From the NCBI RefSeq assembly GCF_009914755.1, contig NC_060935.1: a DNA stretch of 64,000 nucleotides; one strand, written 5' to 3'. The stretch's first letter is position 1; every line of letters begins with the position of its first letter. Made by a program: the position numbers and the translations under genes. The DNA comes from the human T2T-CHM13v2.0 reference genome, Homo sapiens. Below, piece by piece: positions 12,582-25,754 of this stretch. The notes under the pieces were generated by a model that was not told the origin of the DNA, ran no database searches, and saw only the letters and a list, made by a program, of their open reading frames with translations.

Positions 12582-13644
12582 GCATGAAAAGCCCAATGGC
12601 ATGACTAGCTCCCTGATATGGGGCAGGAATTGAGGGAAAGATCAGGGGCTTAAATTGCCAGAGGGTGACAAAATCAGTTTCTACCTGCTGTAATCTATAT
12701 CCCAGCAAAGTTGGTCTGTTCTCAGATTTACTGGCAAACTGAGGCAACTTAATTGCTCATTCGCGTTCTGCTCTTCAAGTATTATTCTGTATCTGGTATG
12801 GTGCTGCCATGCCTCTCTGATAGTGACCACTTGCCGTCCTGCCCAGTGGTAGGCTTAGGAATTAGGGGTCTAATCTGGCTGCTCATTGTCCAGAAGCACA
12901 GACTAGAAACTCTAGTCTGAAAAATGTTTATGCTATTCTAATATTTGAGTGTGTATCTGTATCATCAGGAGAATTTTAGATAATAGCCATTAGGAGGTCC
13001 CAAGAGAATGGCCTATATTTCTAGTTGTAAAGGGTCTTTTGGAGTAAAGAAGGAACACTGACCAAGGAAACGTTCAGACAACTACAAGGAATCCATGAGC
13101 TTGGTTGCCTTTTACAGGAGGGGCAGATAAAAAGGATATGGGCTGTAACTGGCTTTGATAACGCCCCAACCCAATGAAGAATTTTGAGTTGTTAAAACAT
13201 GTTGTTTCTAGACTCCAAACACTGACCCACTTGGGAGAAAATGAGGCAGCATGGTACCAGATCTGTGGGATCTGTTCCCAAAATCCTATTGACAGGCTTG
13301 GTCCACTTGCAGGTCACCCTCCATGGTCTTTGGTCAACTTTTCTGTGGTCATCATAGCTTGATGGGACTTTCTCTGGCATCCTGGAACCAGTTGTCCACA
13401 GCCTTGCCTGCTTCAAGAGTCCAAGGACCAAACCTCAAGGAGTACCTCAGATTGTTCCCCAAGTGCTGCCACTGACCTCATTTGGACTGACGATGCACTT
13501 AACAATTTGACTTTCCACTCTTATTTTTCCTGAAACTCAATACTCCCAATTGAGTTCTACTAGCTGTATTTGTGAAAAGTAATCACAAACATTTTTTTAG
13601 AATACAGTGAAGTGTGAAGGAATGATTTATTGTGTACATGCATA

Positions 13645-13890
13645 TGGCAGAATATGTGTAGTGGTTATAGATCAGTTCTGGAATTAGACAGGCCTGAGTT
13701 TTACCTTAATCTTGCCACATAGGAGCTGTATGAACTTAGACAAATTACTTAATCTAAGATGTAGTTTTCTTATTCATAAAGATGGATCATAATAACACCT
13801 ATTTCATAGCGTTATTGAGAGGACTAAACGGGATAGCACAGTGTCTGGCACATAATTGGCACTCAACAAGTGGTAATTTATTATTATTAA
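13645..13890 (+). mobile_element. MIR
   Basis: GTAGTGGTTATAG..TCTGGAATTAGACAGGCCTGAGTTT..ACAAATTACTTAATCT..AGCACAGTGTCTGGCACATAATTGGCACTCAACAA. Confidence 0.85.
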
Positions 13891-15192
13891 TTGAGCATTT
13901 ATATATGCAGGCCTCTGGGTTAGGCCCAAGGGATGCAAAGATCTCCATCCTCAAGTAGCTCACAATAGATCTGAGTTCTTCCCAGGGGACACTCAGAAGG
14001 GGTCCAACAATCAGATTTGATGTCAAATCAACTGAATTTGCGACCAGAGTAAACAGAATTTCTCCTCATTGCCCGACCCTGATTAGGATGGGATTAATTG
14101 TATAGCCTGCGTTCTAGAATTAAACTGCATATTGAGGCTGAGAACATCCAGGTGGGGAGACGGGAGGTCAGCAAGTCCAGTTTCCACAATTTTATGGTTC
14201 AGACTTGGCCTAATTTGGCCATTCTGGGAAGTCTTAGAATGGCAGCAGAGAGGCTCCTCAGCCCTTGTTGAGAGATGCTAATGAAGAATTTGTGTCTCAC
14301 CAATGGCTACTGCATGAGAAAGCTAGAAGGAACCTCAGGCCATCGTTTCTTACTAATGGTCAAAAACATATGCCTCAAGCATGATTCATAAAGATATCAT
14401 TTTAGTCTTTGCCTCCTTATTTCTGAGTCAGTACACAAATAGCTTGTTTTCTGAAGCTTCAGGGAAGCCCAGATTGACACATTAGCCAGGGAGTAATGTG
14501 CCTTCTTTCTGGGCTGGCTGTCCATAATGCATTCAAATCCAGAAAAAAAGTAGGAATTTGTTCAAAATTTATCAATTGGGCCATTTTCTCAATGACAAAC
14601 AGATGGCTCCTTTGAGTTATTCAGAGGGAGAAGATTTTTTTTTCCTTTTGTTCATCTCAGTTTTTATGGTTTAAAAGAATTAGTGTTTAATCCCAATTCT
14701 AAAATTGTTAATTAGTTTGTATTTGCTTCACTAAATCTGTTAAATGGATTTTTATCACTTTAGCTATATCTCTCTGGCAGCATCTGGTGTCAACTTTGCA
14801 GAAATAATGTTGGTTTTACAGCCAAAAATCAGAGGTTAAACCTCCAGGACTACAGATGTGACAGCATTAAAGGGAAATTCATCACCCCCAAAGCTTTCAT
14901 TCCCATATAGTTTAGAATCAGCCCAAACATGAACCAATGTTCTTTTTTCCCTTTCATTCTCCAGGAGCACTGTGGCTCAGTTCCTTTTTGATTTATGAGT
15001 GTGGTTGTTGCTGATGAGATCTCCCAGGGAGACCTCAATCTGCCCCAGCTAGAGGCTTGGAAAACAGTGGAGGATCTTCTTGCTCAACCCCCTTTCTGTT
15101 GCTTTCAGGGGATTCCATCCAGGGCTAGGGCTATCCATCAATTCATTTGACAATGGGCATGTATGAGGTGAGGGCTGTGCGGGTACAAGCTC

Positions 15193-15220
15193 TGTAGTGT
15201 CACCTGCCGGCAGGGGGCAC
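15193..15220 (+). promoter_or_regulatory. Candidate CTCF site with upstream (ZF9-11) module
   Basis: Core CCGGCAGGGGGCAC (15207-15220) fully matches CCRSYAGRKGGCRS; TGTAGTGTC starts 14 nt upstream and resembles the TGCAG-type U motif. Confidence 0.65.
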
Positions 15221-15389
15221 AATAGGGCAGAGCAGCAAAACGAAGGCAGTGTATGTTACAAACGAGCTACTCTGAACTCAAATCAGTGCACCTGGGGGAA
15301 TAATTAAATGAAAGACAGCAAATCATCATAAAGGCTGGGGAATTTGAGTAACAGGGAAAACCTGTTGGGCAGCAATCAATTTAGGTCTC

Positions 15390-15883
15390 TGTGGTAGGCT
15401 GAATAGTAGCCCCTAAAAATATCTACTTCTGAATCCCCAGAACCTGTGAATGTTACTTTATAATATGGCAAAGGGTATTTTGCAGCTGTGATTAAGCAGC
15501 TTGCAACGGGGAGATTATTCTGGGTTCTTTGAGTGGACCCTAAAGGTAATCATGAGTGTCCTGATAGGAGAGAGGCAGAGGGAGATTCCACAGAAGAGGA
15601 GAAGGTGATATGATGGTGGAAGCAGAGATTGAATTGATGAACTTTGAAGATGGAGGAGGAGGCCACAAGCCAAGGAAGACAGACAGGCACCAGCCGCTGA
15701 AAGAAACAAGGAAACAGATTCTCCTTTCAAAGCCTCTGGAAGGAATTAGCACTGTCAACACCCCAACTTTAGCCCAGTGAAATTGGTTTTTGGGCTATGT
15801 ACTACCAGAACTGTGAGAGAATAAATTTGTGTTGTTTTAAGTCACCATAATAATGGTAGTTTGTTGCAGTAGGAATGAATACA
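15390..15883 (+). mobile_element. MLT1C solo LTR (MaLR)
   Basis: TGTGGTAGGCTGAATA...GAATAAATTTGTGTTGTTTTAAG...GAATACA; 5-bp TSD GTCTC / GTATC. Confidence 0.9.
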
Positions 15884-17311
15884 GTATCTTTTCCTTGCTT
15901 AATGCCAAAGAGTTCCACTGCAGCTGCCAGAGGTATTTTACAGGGCCAAGAGGAGATAGCAGGGATCAGCATAGTGCATTGACTTCTTCAAGAAGAGCTC
16001 CTTCTTCTGAAGTCCATCTGTAATACAGGTGTGGGCAGCTGCAGCCTGAAGCAGAAATGGGACTAGCAACTGGGAAGCCCTGTGTGATTGGCGAAGAACG
16101 TTTCTGAGTGTCATGGACCCTAGGCAATAGCAGACAGTGTGAGAATTCTCTGCAATTAACATATTTGCATAAATATTAGGAAGAGGCCTGATTAGCACAG
16201 TGAGCGTGACTCAGAGGAAAGTGGAGGGCAGAGGTGATCAGGGAAGAGGCTCTGAAGAGGGGTGAGGACAGAGATGCCACCCTAGGCACATCCAATGCTC
16301 TGATGGAGAGGGACTGGTTGTGAACAGCTAAGTTGCTATGGCCTTGCCCTTCAGATGTAGCTGTGGACAGTGGGAGGGGAATCTGTGGGCAGACCTCTGG
16401 AGCTACCATCCCCATTTCACTCAAATGACTCCAATTTTATTTGTTGGACACATTGGGCTTCCAGGTGGAATTTCACTTAAGAAAAAATTTTACTGGTGGA
16501 AAAAGATTTTGGGGGGTAAATTTTAATTTTGATACAATTTTACATGTACAGAAAATTGCAATAGTACAAAGAATTCCCATTTACCCTTCCCTCAGATTCA
16601 CCAAGTTTGCATTTTGGCCTATTTGCATTATCATTTGTTCTAAGTATTAATGTTTTTTTTCCTGAACCATTTGAGAGTAAGTAGGCATTATATTCCTTTA
16701 CCTCCAAATATATCAGTGTGTATTTTATTAGAACAGGACATTTTGTTATATAACCATGGTACAATGATGAAAATTGGGAAATTTAACACTGACAAAATGC
16801 TGTCATCTAATCTTCAGCCCAAATCCAAATTTTGCCAATTGCCTTTATAGCAATTTTCCCCCCGGTCCAAGATTTGATCCAGCATTGCATTTATTTCTCA
16901 TATCTCTCCAGTCTGCTTTAATTTGGAATATTTCCTGAGCTTTTGACCTTGACATTTTTGAATAGCACAGGTCAGTAATTTTGTAAATTGTCCCTCAGTT
17001 TGGGTTTGTCTAACATTTCCTTATGATGAGATTCAGATCTTGCATTTGAGCTTGAAACTCACAGATGTATGTTGTGTCCTTCTCAGAACATGGTATTTGA
17101 AGGCACATGTGGTTGCTTTGTCTCATGGGTGATGGTGGCATTGATCCCTTGGTTACATTGTTGTCCTCCAGGTTTCTTTACTGTAAGTTATAATTTTCCC
17201 CTGTGTAATTAATAAGTAATTTTTGAAAGATACTTTAAAACTAGGCAAATATCCTGTTCCTTATTGAATCATCACCCACTAGTTTTAGCACCCACTGGTA
17301 ATTCTTACTTG

Positions 17312-17718
17312 TGTCAAAAGAAAAAATTACAACAAATTTAGTTTAAAGATTGAATTGACTTCCATTTGCCATTCCAGAATCAGGCAACATCTCATTAAGA
17401 ATGACTGTTCTAATGAGCTGAGCAGAGGAGATTGACTTTATAGGCTGAAAAGCACTGAAGAAAGCAGAAACAGAGAATAAAAAGTGGATTGGTTGTTTCA
17501 AAGTTGCTCTCGTTATGGGGTTAAAACAGAGGGGACTTCCTTATGCCGACTCAGGTAGACTAGAATCTCTTGTTTTTTGGAAAACTTGCCTATTTCAAAG
17601 TTCAGTTTGATGGCATGGCACTCAGCACAAAATTTCCATTCTGGTTTGGTCTGGTCTACTTGGTCCTGATGCAGGAGGCTCGTCCAAAACAGGAGCCTCC
17701 CATAAACTTTGTTTAACT
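17312..17718 (-). mobile_element. MER93-like solo LTR (ERV1)
   Basis: CATTCTGGTTTGGTCTGGTCT..GTCCAAAAC..GCCTCCCATAAA; exact 4-bp TSD CTTG (17308-17311 / 17719-17722). Confidence 0.8.
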
Positions 17719-17902
17719 CTTGAATCTATAATAACTGTGATGATTGCAAAATGGCAATTTATCTAACTCCATCATTTTTTCTACATTAATTTGTTGGCAT
17801 AATTCTAAAAGAAAGATCTTTCTCTTATCTCCCACTTGTTTATTCACTTATTTAATTATATCAGCATACACTCATAGATTCTTATTTTATTCAATGAGTT
17901 TT

Positions 17903-18420
<518 letters not shown>

Positions 18421-18445
18421 TAAGAAACAATGTTTAGAAGACCTG

Positions 18446-18696
18446 GGCCGGCATGGTGGCTCATGCCTGTAATCCCAACACTTTGGGAGGCCAAGGTGGC
18501 CAGATTGCTTGAGCTTCGGAGTTCAAGACCAGCCTAGGCAATGTGGCATATCCCATTTCTACAAAAAATACCAAAATTAGCTGGGTGTGGTGTGCCTGTA
18601 GTCCCAGCTAGTGGGAGGCTGATTATATCTGTAAATCCAGCACTTTTGGAGGCCGAGGTGGGTGGATCACCTGAGGTCAGGAGTTTGAGACCAGCC
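18446..18696 (+). mobile_element. Composite truncated Alu: AluJ left monomer and start of right monomer, then an AluS left-monomer fragment
   Basis: J-type part to about 18622, short filler, then TGTAAATCCAGCACTTTTGGAGGCCGAGGTGGGTGGATCACCTGAGGTCAGGAG; no tail. Confidence 0.85.
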
Positions 18697-19394
18697 CATC
18701 TACCCTGTAGGGAACCATTCTCATTAGTTTCTGGCTTATCTTTTCTCAATTTCCTTTCACAACTAAGTAAGCAAATACATGTAATTTTCTTATTTCCTCT
18801 TCCTACACAAAAGGTAGAATATTACGTATACTCTTTTGCACTTTGCTTCTTCACTTACAAGATATTTCCTGGAAATCACTCCACATTGCTTCATCTTCAT
18901 TCTCTTTTACCACTGCATAGCACTGCATTGTGTGGATATAATTTAGTTTATTCAATAAATCTATCTATGAGCATTTAGGTTATTACCAATATTTTGCAAT
19001 GACAGATAATACTGCAGTGAATAAACTTGTACATATATAATTTTGTATTTCTGCAGGCTTATTTTTAGAGTAAATTCCTAGAAGTGGGATTTCTGGAACA
19101 AAAGGTAAATGCATATATAGTGTTGTTAAATACTGCCAAATTCCTTCCCATAAGGCTGTATCATTTTGCATTCCTACCAGCAATGTGTAAGAGTGTCTGT
19201 TTCTCCTCAGCCTTGCCAACATAGAGTGTTGCCAAGTTCTAAAATTTTTGCTTATTATTCATAGGTGATAAATGTCATTTCACTGTAGTTTTAATTTGCA
19301 TTTTTCTTATAATGAATTGAACAACTTCTCATAAGTGTTTAGGGGCATTTTATATCTTTTTTAGGTAAATTGTTTGTTCGTGACTTTTGCTCAT

Positions 19395-19892
<498 letters not shown>

Positions 19893-20545
19893 GGCCCTCA
19901 CTTTTTAAGATTTCCTTGTGTATTATAGACATTAGAACTTCAATTGTGATATATGTTGCAGATATTTTTCTAAAACTTTTGTTTAATACCACTACTTTAA
20001 CTAGTTAGCAACTAGCTATAAATATGTATGCTTGTGTTAACTGTTAATGAACTCTGTTGCTTACTCCTGTGCCTGTGTGGGAAATGATTATAAACCTCAA
20101 ATGTCTTTAATTTAGCCTAGATTAAAATTAAATTTAAGTAGACTTTCCAACAAATGGTATTGGAGCAATTGGACACAAAGGCAATAAAAAAATACCCAAC
20201 TCAATCTAAGTCTCATGTCTTATGCAAAAATTAACTCAAAATGGATCACAGATTTAGATATAAAACATAAAACTATAAAACTTTTAGAAAAAACAAAGAA
20301 GAAAATCTTTGGGATCTAGAGCTAGGCAAAAGTGCTCAGACTTGACAACAAAAGCACAATTTGATAGATTAGATCTCATCAAAATTATTAACTTTTGCTC
20401 TGTGAAATCTCATGTGAAGAGGATGAAAAAACATCTGTGGACTGGGAAAAGTTATTTGCAAACCACGTATTTGATAAAAGACTAATATCTAGAGTATATA
20501 AAGAACTCTCAAAACTCAACAGCAAAAAAGCTAAACTATCCGATT

Positions 20546-20835
20546 AGAAAATGGGTAGAATGTATAATATCAAAATAATGGCACAACCACTCTGGAAAAC
20601 AGTTTAACAGTTTCGTTTAAAAAAATGCAACTGCCATACCACCTAGCAATTACAGGTTCAGGCATTTCTTCCGGAGAAATACTTAACATTTACAGAGAAA
20701 CCAGTGCACAGATATTTATAGCAGCTTTATTTGTAATAGCTAAAAACTGGAATCAGTCCAGATGTTCTGCAGCAGTTGAATGGTTAAACTATCTGTGGTA
20801 CATACATATCATGGAATACTACTCAACCATAAAAG
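20546..20835 (+). repeat. Copy 1 of a ~290-bp direct duplication (left flank of AluY)
   Basis: AGAAAATGGGTAGAATGTATAATATC...CTCAACCATAAAAG; about 94% identical to 21137-21423 by manual alignment. Confidence 0.97.
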
Positions 20836-21423
<588 letters not shown>

Positions 21424-22100
21424 TAACAAACTACCTGTACTCATATATGCAACAATTTGGATCAATCTATAGGGAATTTTGCTGCATGGAAAAAGCTAAT
21501 ACCAAGAGGTTGCATACTGCATGATTTCATTTATATAACATTCTTGAAATGAGAGCATTTTAGAATTGGGAGACAGACTGGTGGTTGCCCAGGGTTAGGA
21601 CCTAGGGGAAGGCGGTTGGTGTGGGAGGAAGATAGGTGTGATTATGAAAGGTCAGATGAGGGATCCTGGTGGTGTTGAAATGTCTTCACTGTGTGGTGGA
21701 GGCATGAGCGTAACACAGGTGATAACAATGTGTGAAACACCCCCCACCCCACAAACACACACAAATCCGTACAGGTAAAGTAGGAAATCAGGATAAGATG
21801 TGTGGATTGTGTCAGTGTCAATCAGTGATATTGTACTATAGTCTTGCAAAACAAAACAAACATTTTGTTACCATGGGGAAGCTGGACATAATGTACAAAG
21901 ACTCCCTCTGTATTATTTCTTATAACTGCATGTGACTTTATAATCATCTCAATAAAAGTTTCAATAAAAAATAAGTTAAAGCCAAAGCCTACGGGTTTTT
22001 AACAAAAACCTCGAGGAAAACTTAAAGAGCTGTCCACCCCTGCTTTGAGAATGTAGAGTCCTGGATAAGCAATTAAGTTTTGTTGAGACCAGCACTTCTT

Positions 22101-22317
22101 TTTTTTTTTTTTTAATTTTTTATTATTATACTTTAAGTTTTAGGGTACATGTGCACAATGTGCAGGTTAGTTACATATGTATACATGTGCCATGCTGGTG
22201 TGCTGCACCCATTAACTCGTCATTTAGCATTAGGTATAACTCCTAATGCTATCCTTCCCCCCTCCCCCCACCCCACAACAGTCCCCAGAGTGTGATGTTC
22301 CCCTTCCTGTGTCCATG
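22101..22317 (-). mobile_element. Young 5'-truncated L1PA2/PA3 3' end
   Basis: Poly-T, TTATACTTTAAGTTTTAGGGTACATGTGCACAATGTGCAGGTTAG, CCCCACAACAGTCCCCAGAGTGTG; exact 17-bp TSD TGAGACCAGCACTTCTT (22084 / 22318). Confidence 0.96.
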
Positions 22318-22323
22318 TGAGAC

Positions 22324-22537
22324 CAGCACTTCTTAATTGGGGTCAGTACCACCCCATGGGGGTGTGTTTGAAAATGTCTGGGAGTGGTTATGGTTGTCAC
22401 ACTGACTGGGGGATGTCTTTGGTACTCAGTGGACAGGACCAAGAATGCTAAATATCCCGCAGTGCCTGGGACAACCTGACACATGGTGAGAATATTCTTA
22501 ACCCCAAATGCCAGCAGCATTCCACTGAGAAACAAGA
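22324..22537. mobile_element. MER20-like hAT-Charlie MITE
   Basis: CAGCACTTCTTAA..AATGTCTGG..GGTTGTCACA..AATGCTAAATATCC..CCCCAAATGCCA..TGAGAAAC. Confidence 0.7.
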
Positions 22538-22863
22538 TTAGATGGCTAAAATCTTAGCAACTATTTAGATAGTTTGTGCCTTAACATTTAAGTGAAATCT
22601 ATGCTTATTCTATATCTTGTCATCATAAAATTGAGTTTCTAAGTCTGTTTATTAATGGACAAAGAGCCTTCCCTTAATATTAAACATTTTTAAAGTTTAA
22701 TTTTTAAATAATAGTTTTAAGCTCAAGACTCTAAAATTGTTATAGGAAACATTTATTGCAATATATTTGTTGTAATGAAGAATATTTCATTTTTTTGGAG
22801 AAAACAGTCTTTTTTTATCTTGTTTAAAGTTGTGAACTATATTTTCTGCAGAAATTTGATCTT

Positions 22864-22912
22864 CACCTTACCTAACCTTAACCTTAACCTTCTTAACCTT
22901 AACCTTAACCTT
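22864..22912. repeat. (AACCTT)n hexamer repeat
   Basis: CACCTTACCTAACCTTAACCTTAACCTTCTTAACCTTAACCTTAACCTT. Confidence 0.9.
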
Positions 22913-23363
22913 TGTGATGATGACATCACTGATATTGTGCTAATTAACTCAATTAGTAGAAACGGACAGTGTGAACTACTTTAAAAGAGAAGCATAGCTG
23001 GAGATAGGTTTTTTTTCAAAGTTTATTTTACAAGTAAAATATAGTGAATTTGATTACCTCAAAAACATAACAGAGAATCTCTTTTTCATGCCATTTCTCA
23101 GTAAGGTTTTTAGCTCTTCTCATTTAACTTTTTCTTTTCTTTATGAAGTCCTGAGATAAATGAGCCATTTCTGGAGGAACAATCCAGATGGCTTTTGCGG
23201 TCACCATCCTGGAGTATGAATTGAGGAGGAAGGCGTTCTTTTCAAAATGAGCCACAAGCAAAACTCCTCCTGGTTGGTCATCCATTCTCTGCCCTGACAT
23301 GTTGTGTGCAGAAACCCATGTGACAGCATGAGTGTGTTGTGTGGATATGTGCTTCCCAGGACA

Positions 23364-23570
23364 GGATTATGTACAGGGGAGTTGTACAGACATGGAGTGT
23401 ACAGATACATTGTAGAGACAAATGTTAAAGAGACATACAGTGTACAGAAATTGGATTGTAGAGATATGAACTTCACATACAGGAGTTACAAAAGCATGGT
23501 ATGCAGATTGGATTATTGAGATGCAGGTTGTCTAGACACTGGCCCTGAAGGCATAGGTTGTGTAGACACA
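23364..23570. repeat. Degenerate ~14-15-bp minisatellite
   Basis: Recurrent units GTTGTACAGACATG / GAGTGTACAGATAC / ATTGTAGAGACAA / AGTGTACAGAAATTG / GATTGTAGAGATATG / GGTTGTGTAGACAC. Confidence 0.6.
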
Positions 23571-23829
23571 GCCTGGGACCAAGCTCTTTGGTCCTGGCCT
23601 TAAAGCAGGGTGTGCAGCATGAGCCCAGTGATGGTTGCCTGGCTATGTGCCAGAAGTGGGACTCTGATGTCTGTGCAGAGGGTGAGGGCAGGACGGTATA
23701 TTCTGCCACTCTACTTTGAGCACTGGCTTTGAAGCTTTCCCTCCAATGCCATTCCCACCCCCAAGGGACTCAGGAAATGACTTCTGTCTTTTCTTTGATA
23801 GAACAAAGAAAGAGAGAGTTCTAATAGAT

Positions 23830-23872
<43 letters not shown>
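23830..23872. repeat. (GA)n microsatellite
   Basis: Direct reading of the sequence. Confidence 0.95.
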
Positions 23873-23874
<2 letters not shown>

Positions 23875-24262
23875 CACCAGATTCAGACACAGAAGGTTCT
23901 CAAGGATGACCATGGTGAAGTCTGGGCTTCAGCAGGTCTTACAGACCACCAGGGGTCAGTCTTGGGTTCTACAAGAGGAAACCAGGAGGTATTTGCTCAG
24001 CACTGGTTCTCACCTGAGGACCATTCAGAGGAATTTATTCCACTTTAATATACTATGGTGTTAGCAGCTTTGAAATTCTTTACCGCCAAGGGGGCCTTAA
24101 AGCCAATGAAGCAGGAGTCTCAGGAATGACCCGTATGTCAGGCCTGCTTGTTTATAATCCTCAGGACCACAATAAAAGGCAAGTTTAATCGCCTGGTGAT
24201 TCGGGACTTGGGGGCCCAAGTGTGCTAACCCACCCGTCAGGCCCAGGGGTCTGCCTGAGCTT

Positions 24263-24358
24263 GGGAGGGAGGGAGTTTGGGGCTGGGCCTGGTTGGGAAG
24301 CCTCAGGCCTGGGCTAGGTCCAGGGCTGGGCTGGGCTGAGGCTGGGGCTGGAGGGGGC
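24263..24358 (+). other. G-run / GGGCT-pentamer tract with G-quadruplex potential
   Basis: More than ten GGG runs with short loops, e.g. GGGAGGGAGGGAGTTTGGGG and GGGCTGGGCTGGGCTGAGGCTGGGG. Confidence 0.6.
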
Positions 24359-24524
24359 TTCAAGTGAACTTTGGTTCTGAGGTCACTGGTTTTCCTGTTG
24401 TAGTAACTGACTTCACAGACTCTGTCAGGATGAAGGAAGACACAATGCTGCCAGTACAGCTGCTTCTACAGGAAGCCCCATCCCTGATAGCTAAGGCTAG
24501 ACTCAGCTTGGTACTTAGTGATAA

Positions 24525-24775
24525 AAACAAGAACACTACCACAGCTATTGCACATTTACTATGTGCCTGGCACCACTGTAAGCACTTTTGTGCTTCTTTA
24601 ATCCTCATAAGAATCCTAGGAGGTAAGTACTAGTATTATCCCCATGGACAGATGAGGGAAGTAAGGTTTAAATAACCTAAGTAACTTGCCTCAGGTCACT
24701 CAGCTGGTAAATGCCACAGCTGGGGTGAACCCAGGCACTCTGGCTCCTTAGCCATGCTCACAACCCACACTACTA
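24525..24775 (-). mobile_element. MIR
   Basis: TTACTATGTGCCTGGCAC..TTTAATCCTCAT..ACAGATGAGGGAAGTAAGG..AGTAACTTGCCTCAGGTCAC. Confidence 0.88.
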
Positions 24776-24789
24776 GATAATACTGCAAC

Positions 24790-24950
24790 GTTAAGAGCCT
24801 TTGGAGAGTCTATATGTCAGCCCTCTTGTGGCAGATGAGGAAACTGAGGCCCAGACCCAGGTCACATAGCTGGTGAGTGGTAGAGTTTGAACCCAGACCC
24901 AGGTCTCTGGCTCCCAGCTTAGAGCTCTTGTCACAATACCATGCAGCCAC
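24790..24950 (-). mobile_element. MIR (MIR3/MIRb-like)
   Basis: CAGATGAGGAAACTGAGGCCCAGA..CAGGTCACATAGCTGG. Confidence 0.8.
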
Positions 24951-25754
24951 CATTTGCACCAAACCAAGTTGCAAGACATTTTAGCTAAAATGCAAGCTTT
25001 GGGTCAAGGAATTGGAAAGGGCCAGAATTATCCTACGGTCTCCCGGCCTCATGGGGTTGAATGCTTCATAACTAAGCCCAGGCACTATCAGCTTGTCAGA
25101 GGGTAGGGGCCAAGGACATGGCCCCTCCAGCTGCAGACAAACTGCTGGGCAGGATCCAGGCTGGGGTCAGCTAATAGCCCCTACACTTCCACCCCCATTT
25201 CCAGGCCAGGGGGACACATCCTGGACAAGCGAGAAAACCTGGCAGAAAGAAACAGAGAATTTTTCTTCCTTCAGGCAAACAGGCTCCTCTCAGATCAGAA
25301 ACTGTGACAGGGTTTTCATGGGAGGTACAGGCTGTGATAGGAACAGAGAGCTCTGGTATAAGCAGCTCTGAGAGAAGGAGTAAATCATCTCCTGAAATGT
25401 TCTGGGCAGCTGCTCACTCACTAACAAAAATACCCTGCTTGGCACAGCTCTGGTCACTCAAAAACTACTCCAGGGACCTGGCAATTTTCAAGGTGTGGCT
25501 CTGCTCTTGAGGAAGGCAAAAGGAACTGTTGGGAGAAGAGTGCAGTGTGTGCCAGGCCCTCAGAGCGGGGATGCAGGGGAGCCCAGAGGAACTCTGAGCA
25601 GGGCTAGGGGTAGAAAATAGCAGTGCAGAGCTCAATGGTGCCTGCGCCTCCCAGCTCCCCAGCAACCTGCGCTTGTGCCTAGCTCAGCAGGTGTTTGTTG
25701 AGTGGAACTGAAATCAATAATGAGAAAATCCTGAATGAAGGCTCCAAACAACAA

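Noticed and set aside
24310-24358. GGGCT pentamers reminiscent of immunoglobulin switch regions
   Set aside because: Only about 50 nt, with no GAGCT array and no Ig constant exons
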